Origin: Octopus bimaculoides
Taxonomy: Eukaryota
Assembly (NCBI RefSeq): GCF_001194135.2
Contig: NC_068982.1
Span: 11,997,522-12,056,509 of the forward strand
DNA length: 58,988 nt
Direction of reading: 5' to 3'
A program made the translations under genes and the position numbers. Position 1 is the stretch's first letter. The number at the start of each line of letters is the position of its first letter. Below are positions 49,345-58,988 of this stretch, in pieces. The notes beneath the pieces were generated by a model that was not told where the DNA came from, ran no database searches, and was given only the letters and a program-made list of their open reading frames with translations.

Positions 49345-49893
49345 ATTCTTGAGTGAGACAGCAGTGCATGACATCAAAGTGACACTGGGGCAAAATATAT
49401 GAAACCCAGGATACCCATAATGACTACTCTTCTGATAAGGGTACACCAGGCATATGCATCACAACCACATGTGTACAACATGGTGATCTCATATCAAGAT
49501 AAACAGTGTATGACCTTGCAGGTGGGGCCCAGTTAGAATTTTCTTCAGGTTGAATATCCCATCCTGCTCAAAATGTCCCTGAATAAGGTTTGTTTTAAGG
49601 ATGATGAACAAAACACCCATGTTTCCAGGGGTGAATTATTCAAATCCCAAAGAATTCCTCTCAACACATGTCTATGATGCTCCTCCACTACTTGTGATCA
49701 GAGATGCACATATCGTCAGCCACCAAGGGACATGCTCAACTGGTTGAGGTCAAACAATTGACAAGCAAATCTGTGGTATTGAGCAAAATATTTGCTGTAG
49801 CCCATCTTTTATACCAAGACAAAACAATGTACATCATAACACTTCCAATCAATTAAGATCAGAAGCCATCAGAGCCACTGCCTGGTACTGCAC
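49345..49893 (-). repeat. Unclassified ~550-bp interspersed repeat bounded by (TAA)n
   Basis: Its 3' end ATGCACTGCT.TCTCACTCAA(TAA)n recurs at ~31150-31185 (+). The other end abuts a long (TTA)n. Confidence 0.5.
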
Positions 49894-49899
49894 CAGAGC

Positions 49900-49945
<46 letters not shown>

Positions 49946-50224
49946 AACAATAACAATAATAATAACCATCTTTTACCATTACTTTAAGATCACTCTATCA
50001 TCTTATAATCAAATTACTTTTAAAACAAACTTCTAATTTTCTTATGTTTTGACAGACATTCTCTAGAACAATACTCTGCGAAAACCAAGAATATGGCACT
50101 CTAGTCATAGCACCAAATTGAACTTTAAGCTTGTTGTCTCTTGAGGTCTCTGGGTGAGACTTGGAGTCAACTTGTACAAATACAAAGCAAAAGCCAAACA
50201 TATAACAATAATAATAATAATGAT

Positions 50225-50558
50225 ATTCTAGGAGTGTAAAGAAAGAGGAATAAAAGCAAAGAAGATACAATCCCTTAAAGTTTGAAATAGGAAGAATTCA
50301 GAGCACAAGAACAGTAAAGGTCGTGCCTATAATAGTTGGAGTGTTGGGAACAGTAAGCTGAAGGCTGAAGGAGATTGGAATAGAGTGCCCAGTAGAGCTC
50401 CTACAGAAAGTTTGTCTCTTAGGGACAGCAAGGATTATCAGGAGGGTTCTAAGCACTTGAGAGATCGTTGCAAACTTGTGGATGCCTAAGATTACAGGTA
50501 GTAATCTGCTACGCACATAAATCCCATCAGGAATAAGACCGAACTTGAGCCAAACCAA
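50225..50558 (+). mobile_element. 5'-truncated R4/Dong-like element with 18-bp TSD in (AAT)n
   Basis: TVKVVPIIVGVLGTVS...LLQKVCLLGTARIIRRVLST*. (AAT)5GAT occurs at 50207-50224 and 50559-50576. Confidence 0.88.
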
Positions 50559-51251
50559 AATAATAATAATAATGATTTCGTTTAGTTGTGACAAGGGTGA
50601 AGGATGAAGGGGACAATACAAAGACAGACATAAAGTGTGGGGTTTACATATAATGAAATGATAAAAAAAGGGAAGAAAGAAAGTAAATATACACGGTATA
50701 CACTAAAAAAGAAGGGACATATGCATAACATACAAAGGTTTAAAAAAAATAAGTGGTGGGGAGGATGATAGAGATGTGGTCCTCCAAATACAGGAAGACC
50801 TCTAGGAATAATTGAGGAACCCCACTGTCTGAGATTTCCCTGAAACCCCAGGAGCAAGTGCCCTCTCCAATTCCTTCTCTCTGACTCACAGGTCTACACT
50901 TAGAGAGTTACCATCCACTCTTGCTATTTTCGCAATTTTCACCCACCTTTCAGTAAACTCACTCGAGGACAGCACTTCTCTCTCCACTCTGAATTTCCTT
51001 TTCAAGTGAAACTTGAAGAAGCCAATGAGAGCTCTACCAAAGAGGAATGTATCTGTATTCATGTCTTTCAGCCTTGTTCACCAAACAATCTCTGTCACAT
51101 TAGCTACCAGGCAATGGAAAACTGCCTTGCCTGCTCGATTGAAAGAGAGTGGTGGTGCGATCATCACTGCAGACTTGGCCAACTGACAGATCCATCCCAA
51201 ACATGACAGCAGCTGTTCAACATAACCCCACAAATCAGCAATGCCGGGACT

Positions 51252-51529
51252 CTTAACCACTACGCCATATGCCCATGGGCATATGGCGTAGTGATTAAGG
51301 GTGCGGGCCGCTAACCCCAAGATTCCGAGTTCAATTCCAAGCAGTGACCTGAATAATAATAATATTGATAATAATAATAATAACAACAACATTGAAAAAT
51401 ACCTTAGGAATGAGAATCCAGGTTCAAAATTTCCCCAAGACACCTGAGGGTATATCAGCTGAAACATTGTGTTAACAACAAACAAGATGACGACAAATAT
51501 CCGTCAAATGTAAATAATGTAAATAATGT
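51252..51529 (+). mobile_element. Second copy of the tRNA-headed hammerhead-tailed fold-back element
   Basis: 48-bp palindrome at 51252-51299, tRNA-like head and the same tail as 30.9-31.1 kb. About 11 nt are deleted from the ribozyme core/stem II. Confidence 0.8.
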
Positions 51530-51614
51530 GCAGAATGGTTTTCTCACTCTGCACACAACTCAGACAAGCCCGTCTCACAGCACATCCATGTCTGTAGAGT
51601 TTATCTTGAATCGA

Positions 51615-51900
51615 TCTTTTTTGCCAGACCCCTAAGTTACGGGGACGTAAACACACCAACATTGGTTGTCAAGTGAGGGTTGGGGGACAAATACAGACAT
51701 ACAAACATATACATGCATATATATATATATGTGTACAATGGGCTACTTTCAGTTTCTGTCAAACAAATCCAGTCACAAGGCTTTGGTTGGCCTGAGGCTA
51801 TAGTAGAAGACACTTGCCCAAAGTGCTATGCAGTGGGACTGAACCCAGAACCATGTGAGTATTAAGCACGCTACATACCAAACAGCCATTCCTGTGCCTG
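51615..51900 (-). mobile_element. SINE family A, 3'-truncated
   Basis: Head, CORE-like region and part of the tail. Confidence 0.8.
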
Positions 51901-52321
51901 AAAAGATCAGATCTTTGTTTATAGAATTCATATAAAATGTTAAACATTTTCAAGGAAAAGAAAATTTGGCGGCTTAAGAATAAGTTTTTTGTTTGTTTCT
52001 TTCATTAAACGGTTTCCTTAAAAGGGATGTATCGATTTGCATATTAAAATATGTTTAAGAGGAAGGACAAATGCTCATGATTTTTTTTCTGGATTTCTGA
52101 GACTAACAGAGAAAAGGAAGGAAGGAACCATAATGCAGTGTTATTTTCAGACAGGAGACTTGATCTAAATGCTTGTTTCTACCTATCCATTGCTTCAGAT
52201 TGGTACTTTATTTAATGACCCTGGAAGAAAAAAAAGCAATGTTGACTTTGACAAGATTTGAACTCAAAGCATGATACTGGAATAAATTAATTACTTACTT
52301 AGGCACTCTGCTGGTTACATC

Positions 52322-52625
52322 GATGAGGGTTCCAGTTGATCCACTCAATGGAACAGCCTGCTTGTGAAATTAACATGCAAGTGGCTGAGCATTCCACAGA
52401 CATGTCTACCCTCAATGTAGTTCTCAGGGAGATTCATTGTTACACTGAATGTGATAAAGCTGGCCCTTTTAAAATACAAGTACAACCTATTTTTGCCAGC
52501 TGAGTGGACTGGAGCAACATGAAATAAAGTGTCTTGCTCGAGGACACAACGCATCACCAAGAATTGAACTCATGACTTTACAATCATGAGCCAATTACCT
52601 TAAGCAATAAGCCACGTGCCCTCAT
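52322..52625 (-). mobile_element. SINE family B
   Basis: Similar to 34440-34745. Confidence 0.8.
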
Positions 52626-52639
52626 GAATAAATTACTTA

Positions 52640-53640
52640 ACCTCATAGCCAAGACAACATCCTGGAGTTTATACTCTTTTTGCTTTATAAGGTTGATGAT
52701 GAAGGTCAAATCTCGGTCCATTTAGATGTCTGATAGAATCATATCACTAACTACAAATTACAATGTAAACACCAAAAATGGAAGCTAGTATATAGTTGAA
52801 GCCATGAACTTTTGTAGGCGTTTATAACAAGATGGCTGCAGTTTTTTTTTTTTGTTTGATGTTTGATATGAAGATTTTATTATATGTCATAATAACTCTT
52901 TCCCATCCCAGTTACGATAAAACTGGACATTTTAATGTGGTGTGAAGGAAAGAAAGTTGTGAATCTATTGGGTTGTCCAGAAAGTTCATGCAGATTTTTA
53001 AAGGAAAGAAGGTCAATAAATACTTGCCATTACATTTTTAATCAACCAAATATGAACCATTTTGTTGCACAATGCATCTCCCTCTTTCCTTTAACTTGAA
53101 AATACCCTCTTCCCAGAATTGAGGTGGTTTCATGGCAAATAAGTCGAAAGGTAAGCTACTATAAATCGGTACGAACTTTCCGGACAACCCAATAGTTGAG
53201 TTAATGGTTCCTCATGAAGATAACATGGATGCTGCTCAGGCACGAAAGATTGACCATTATGTAGATCTCGAGGAATGTGAAAATGCAGGCTGGAAAGCAG
53301 AGCATTTTCCAATCAAAATCAGATGTAGAGGGTTTGTTAGACACAGTGTGAGACAACTGTTGTTATCATAACACCTAACTCATCATAAAACAAATATCAC
53401 CATGACCGATGTCCAAATTACAGTGGAAAAAGCTAGCCCCTAGATTTGGTTAAAAACAGACGATGAGCGATAGCTTGAAGAACATTGAGCTTTATTTAAT
53501 AATCAGTTGATCTAGCAAGCAGGGCCTCATATCAGTGAGGCGGGGGGTCGGTGTGCATTGATGCCGTCGAGAGGTAGGCCCTGAAACAGCACACATTCTC
53601 TCCTGATGACCCCATACACTTGCTGGCTTCCGGTATGCGG
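52640..53640 (+). mobile_element. RLE-type (NeSL/HERO-like) non-LTR retrotransposon 3' end, degenerate
   Basis: KLDILMWCEGKKVVNL|VELMVPHEDNMDAAQARK...GWKAEHFPIKIRCRGF...VEKAS..IWLK, followed by a GC-richer 3'UTR. The 5' boundary is uncertain. Confidence 0.72.
52968..53192. mobile_element. Mariner MITE (225 bp)
   Basis: TIRs TTGGGTTGTCCAGAAAGTTCATGC / TTGGGTTGTCCGGAAAGTTCGTAC (rc) with TA duplication. Confidence 0.9.
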
Positions 53641-53937
53641 AGTTCTCGACTGGTAGCACGTGCATGTGCAAGTTACTTGCAATACGTTTATATTGGAATA
53701 TCTTCACCTACATTTATGTACTTTACTGCTAAGACAGGAAAGTTTTATAGGAAATATTTTCTCTATAGAGTAGACATTTTTTTTCAATATTTAAAATAAG
53801 TTAAAATCCTTTTGAAGGTCACCTGTGGCTTTTATTCTTTTACAGTCAATAAAATAAACTACTGGTCTACTGGTTATGTACTAGAGTCGATATAATTGAC
53901 TATATAGTTACTACTAAATTTGCGACCTTATAATTAA

Positions 53938-54131
53938 GTTAGAAATCAATATTCCTAGACTAAGAACAAGTGATATAGCTAAAAATTTGCAATAAATGGT
54001 TAATAATAAGATTAGGATTTTAAAATCTAATACTTTGATAACTGTTAGTTATCTAAAATATAAATATATATATACTGAAGGTGTTTGTGTATTGAAGTGT
54101 AGGTCATTATTTGGATTATAACGACATAAAT
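53938..54131 (+). repeat. AT-rich segment duplicated inside the 55190-55607 element
   Basis: 53951-54121 aligns to 55322-55488 at roughly 85-90% identity. Confidence 0.9.
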
Positions 54132-54464
54132 AATTGCTTGATTTCTTTCTTGACTGACATCACGGTAATCTTTTATCTTTTACTTGTTTCAGTCATTAGA
54201 CTGCAGCCATGCTGGAGCACCACTTTAAAGAGTTTTTTGTCAAATAAATCAACCCCAGTACTTTAAAAAAAAAAAAAAATTTGGTACTTATTCTATCAGT
54301 GAAAGCTCTAAGATATGGACATGTAAACAAGTCCACACTGGTTGTCAAGTGGTGGTGGGGAACAAATGAACACACACACACACACACATGTGCGCACACA
54401 AACACATGCATGACAGGCTTACTTCAATACTATTCTATATTTCTGAGATGAGTAAAAGCCTCAC

Positions 54465-55189
54465 CGACGCAATGACTAGTGACCAAGACCTTTGGAAATA
54501 TGCTGTGTGTGAGAAAACGTGGCAAGACAAGTGAGATCATAACCCGTGGCCTTTACCAGGGGTGTAGCCAGCCCACTTATGCGTACCTTTCCTTCTTTGG
54601 ACACAAAACCCTGCTTGCGAAGACCTGTTGAGGCAAGTGAAATCGAAATCGAAATTGAACCAAATTTGATGACTGGCACCCATGCCAACTTTCCCTCATT
54701 GGACACTAAACTCAGCTTGCGAAGACCTGTTGGGGCAAGTGAGATTGAAACTAAACCAAATTCGATCACTGGCACCCATGCCAGTGGAGCGCTAACAGCA
54801 CCATCCGAGTGGGATCACTGCCAGAGCAACGGTCTCGCTCCCGTGCTGGTGGCATGTAAAAAGCACCATTTGAGCATGATCGTTTCCAGCTTCGCATTAC
54901 TGGCACTTGTGCCGGTGGCATGTGAACAAAACATTGGACTGACTCCTGTGCAGGTGGCACGTAAAAAACACCATTTGAGTGTAGCTGTTGCCAGTACTGC
55001 TGGACTGGCCCTCATGCTGGTGGCACGTAAAAAGCACCCACTACACTCTCTGAGTGGATGGCATTAGGAAGGGCATCCCACTGTAGAAACTCTACCAGAT
55101 CACATTGGAGTCTGGTATAGCCATACCAGTCCCCAGTCAAATCGTCCAACCCATGCTAGCATGGAAAGCGGACGTTAAATGATGATGAT
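54465..55189 (+). mobile_element. RTE LINE 3' end (family D), long-UTR variant
   Basis: LTDAMTSDQDLWKYAVCEKTWQDK*, an extra duplicated UTR segment, repeat units and a (GAT)n tail. Confidence 0.88.
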
Positions 55190-55607
55190 TACCATGGATG
55201 GGTAGGTATCCTCACCTTGTTTGTTGTTACCACAATGTTTCAGCTGATGTACTCTCCAACCTTCATCAGGTGTTCTGGTAGAATTTCGAACCCAACCCCT
55301 TATTTGACTAATGGTTAGAAAATTCCTAGACTAAGAACAAGTGATATATCTAATAATTTGCAATAAATAGTTAATGATAAGGTTTGGATTTTAAGATCTA
55401 ATGCTTTGATAACTGTTAGTTATCTAAAATATAAGTAAAGACTGAAGGCATTTGTGTATTGAAGTGTAGGTCATTCTTAGGATTATAAGTGAAATAAAGG
55501 GTTGGGTACAATATTCTACCAGAACACCTGATGAAGGCTGGAGACTACATCAGCCAAAACGTTATCATGACAACAAACAAGATGTGGACACCTATCCATC
55601 CATTGTA
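55190..55607. mobile_element. Element with ~115-bp inverted arms, each carrying a Penelope-type hammerhead motif, around a ~186-bp spacer
   Basis: 55190-55305 is the reverse complement of 55492-55607. CTGATGA-A-GG(C/T)TG...CAGC(C/T)-(G/A)AAAC is present in both arms. Confidence 0.82.
55229..55274 (-). ncRNA. Minimal type I hammerhead ribozyme motif, core intact, stems partly decayed
   Basis: AACAC-CTGATGA-A-GGTTG(10 nt)CAGCT-GAAA-CATT-GTGGT on the minus strand. Confidence 0.55.
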
Positions 55608-56097
55608 AATAAGGCTTCTTTTAGTTTCCATCTGCCAAATCCAGCCACAAGGCTTTGGTTGGCCTGAGGCTAACATAGAAGACACTTGTCCACGATGCCT
55701 GCAATTTTATTTGAGTGGTAGGCTTAATAAGTCATCCTGCTTAACTTGGATCTTGAATGCTTTGGTGGCATTAATTCTATTGTAAACATTCAGACCAGGT
55801 CTCTGGCCAGAGAATAACTCAGAATCTCGATAGACTACTTCTTACTACAGCAATCCATACTTTAATGGTTTCTTGCTATCTCTCACCAATTTCCAAGACC
55901 TAGAAAGCTCATGAGTGCTGAACCATTCCTCGCTGACAAAGCAATTTTGTTTTCCGTGTGTGTGTGTGTATACAGTTGTACAGGAAAAAGCAATTGCTGT
56001 AAGATTATTTTTTATAACAGCTGAGCAGAAGTAAGAAGTTTCACAGGAATGTATTAAAAGTTAATTTTAAAATGCTAACAGCTATGAAAAATGAACT

Positions 56098-56282
56098 AGT
56101 GCATACATACATACATACATACATGCATATATACAAACGTACATACATACACACATACATACATGCATACATGCATATATACACTCAAACATACAGGCAT
56201 AAACACGTACATACATGCATATAATTATATATATATGTGTATGTATGTATGCATGTATGTATGTATATACATATATATATGA

Positions 56283-56322
<40 letters not shown>
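56098..56322. repeat. (CATA)n-(TATG)n-(TA)n compound microsatellite
   Basis: Direct reading. Confidence 0.95.
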
Positions 56323-56324
<2 letters not shown>

Positions 56325-56639
56325 CCCATGCCAACATGGAAGGTGGATGTTAAACAATGACGATGATCACACACACACACACATGAGATGATGTTGTTCT
56401 GAAAGTATTAAAAGAAATTAATGTGCAGACTACCACAACTAATTCAAAGTTAGGTGAGTTTACATGTCATCAACTATATCCTACATTAACAAAACAGTAC
56501 CATGTGCTTATTTCACTAATTTGCCAATGTATTTAGATCCATTCTTAATACTGATGCAGCTAAATTCTCTTAACTTACAAACCACAAGAGAAATTGTTAA
56601 TTTTAAACTGGGAATAAATTGCATCCTTTAATGTTTTAT

Positions 56640-56649
56640 GATGGTGGTG

Positions 56650-56692
<43 letters not shown>

Positions 56693-56703
56693 CAGCAGCA
56701 GCA
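56640..56703. repeat. (TGG)n(TAG)n(CAG)n compound trinucleotide repeat
   Basis: Direct reading. Confidence 0.95.
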
Positions 56704-57056
56704 TAGGGGCATACATTGTAACAACGCATTGCTGCATCCAGTATTTGTTGGTGATTCCCTGCTCTTGGTAGCTGGCACCTTTGTATCACACAGGCGATAA
56801 CTCTCCAGCCCATGGGGCAATCTGTACTGATCATTTGTGAGGGTTTTACAAGTTCGAAGTGCAAATCCTACCTCAACCTCCTTTAGTTGCCTTTTTACAG
56901 CACGTAAAGGAAACGTTGGGTCTGTTTTTTTGGTATGTCAGTCCCCTCATAGCATAGAACAACATGAAATGAAGTGTTTTGCTCAAGAACACAATACGCC
57001 ACCCAGTCTTGGTATTGAAACTATGATCTGGTGATCATGAATGCAACACCCTAACC

Positions 57057-57356
57057 CAGGGGTTCCCAACCTTATTTTGATTGTGGACCCCCTGAGAGCT
57101 GTCTTATCATCTGTGGACCCCATATATGCACAAGTAACTTTTTGAAATAAAATATTTGTTTATAGGTTTCCTAAAAACTAACAATGAAACAATTTCATTA
57201 TATTCGTAACATAAATTCCAAATGTAAATCTTGAAAATTTCAATAAATACTGGTACCTCTCTTAGTAAGCAAAATTTCTCCATGAACCCACAAATTACAA
57301 TTTTTTACTCATGGACCCCCTTAAAGCTTCTGTGGACCCTGGTTGGGAACCCCCGG
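57057..57356. mobile_element. hAT-type MITE (300 bp) inserted in a SINE B-type head
   Basis: TIRs CAGGGGTTCCCAACC / GGTTGGGAACCCCCGG and an exact 8-bp TSD CCCTAACC at 57049-56 and 57357-64. Confidence 0.88.
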
Positions 57357-58684
57357 CCCTAACCAGTAGGCTATGTGCCTTCACATAAAATATAGTAAAG
57401 AAATAAAATGGTTTGTGTGTGTGCATGCATGTGTGTCCTGTATGCACTCATGTGTGTGTGTGTGTGTGTGAATATGTGTGCACATGCAGGCACATAGTGG
57501 AACAAACTCAACCCCTTACTGCATTCTATAGTTAACTCGGTTTTCTTGATTGTTCCCCTTGCCACTTTTTACCAGAATTACTCATTCTGATAATGATTGT
57601 TTTTATCATTAAGGTTTTAATTTTAATTAATTAAAATACTGTAGCTTTCCATGTAACGTATGACAATCCACACTGTACTATTATATTTCCACATCTGCTT
57701 AACATGTTAAATATGTAATTATCTACGTTGTTATTTTTTTAGCAGCAGTTGTTTTGAAATAAAATTTCCCTTCTGCTACTCCTAACAACACTTAAATCTT
57801 CTGTGTTCATTATTAAGTTTCAGCCTGGAGGAAAAAATTTATTGTATTTTTTCTTCTTTAAATTTTTGCTTGGTTTAGAATTTTATTGAAAAACTAATTT
57901 TAGTTTTTGGCATTTACCTCGTTGTATCTGTGCCAATCCACTTCAGTTTAGATGAATGAGTTGTATCATTCATCAATATCAAAATTAGATTTATTTTTAT
58001 TCACTAATTTGCATCCTACAATTCACATTCGATATTTTAAGATTCTGCATTTTATTTAATAAAATAACTACTTTATTTCAAAAATCTTCACTCTTTTATC
58101 AACTTTGCTGCAAATTTCATTGTTGTTTAAATGTAAAACAAAATAGATGCATTTATATGCTGTAACAAGACAGGAAAAAAAAATGAAAATCAAATAAAAT
58201 TCTACATTTTGTTTAGGTTCGAATATAAAACAAAAGATGCCTGTAATAAAAATCAAAAGCAATCGAAGATAACTAAATTTGCATAAAAACAAAACAAAAA
58301 CAAAATAGCGAATGAAAAAAAAAAGGTATGAAAATGTGTTGATCTGTAAAAATAAAGAGAAAGGGAAAATAGCAAGCAATAGCCATTAAAATCAGTCTAA
58401 TCTACCAATGAGCCAGCTGATAGGATTTACACCTGTAGTATCTTTGTAACCAGCTTTTCTTCAGCTCATGATTAAGTTTAATGGCTTAGCATTCATTGAA
58501 TTTACTATATTAATTGACTAGTTTTACTGTTTTAGCAGTTTAGCTTTGCACTCAACATTTTATTGTGGCTTCTAAACCTAACACTATGGGTAAAAATCAC
58601 TTTAGATTGTTTAATTTTGTGTGTGCCTAGTATTTCTTTCTGAAATTTTGTTTGTTTACACATATATATATAGATATATCACAT

Positions 58685-58988
58685 AAATAGCACCATTTGA
58701 GCGTGATCGTTACCAGCATCGCCTTACTGGCACTTGTGCCGGTGGCACGTTAGAAAATCATTTGAGCGAGGTCATTGCCAGTGCCGCTGGACTGGCTCCC
58801 ATGCAGGTGCCATGTAAAAAATACCCTTTTGAGCGTGGCCGTTGCCAGTACCGCCTGACTGGCCTTCATGCTGGTGGCACATAAAAGCACCCACTACACT
58901 CTCGGAGTGGTTGGCATTAGGAAGGGCATCTAGCTGTAGAAACTCAGCCAGATCAGATTGAAGCCTGGTGCAGCCTTATGACTCGCCA
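58685..58988 (+). mobile_element. RTE LINE 3' end (family D), cut by window end
   Basis: Repeat units and GGAAGGGCATCTAGCTGTAG. Confidence 0.85.

Larger units (their letters stand above)
54175..55700 (-). mobile_element. SINE family A split into a 3' half (54175-54420) and a 5' half (55612-55700) by nested insertions
   Basis: The halves rejoin at AGGCTT, present at both 54415-54420 and 55612-55617. Confidence 0.6.

Overview
This is eukaryotic, AT-rich, very repeat-dense DNA from a draft assembly with three N gaps. The SINE families resemble described octopus tRNA-derived/CORE SINEs, so it is probably a coleoid cephalopod (inference). I could not recognise an intact protein-coding gene, rRNA, true tRNA gene or CRISPR array. 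Almost all ORFs in the track are microsatellite translations, antisense frames or transposon fossils. A few short + strand segments look like spliced exons of an unidentified host gene, at low confidence. The window is a layered transposon graveyard. DNA transposons: mariner, Tc1/maT, a near full-length Tigger/pogo nested in a Tigger MITE, hAT fossils and MITEs, piggyBac-type MITEs and a Rep-only Helitron. Retroelements: RTE LINE 3' ends, R4/Dong-like fragments in (TAA)n, a HERO-like RLE element and four SINE families (A, A2, B, C, my working labels). The best lead is a family of short fold-back elements whose termini carry Penelope-type minimal hammerhead ribozyme motifs. Two copies (30.7-31.1 kb, 51.25-51.53 kb) carry a tRNA-like Pol III head. 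A third (55.19-55.61 kb) encloses a copy of DNA found about 1.37 kb upstream. Other unexplained structures are a ~200-bp-arm hairpin at 30.15-30.6 kb, a ~900-bp fold-back plus a promoter-like motif cluster upstream of the Helitron Rep, and a 144-bp insert flanked by a 52-bp duplication. Coordinates were read by eye; boundaries of degenerate repeats are approximate and identities are hand estimates.
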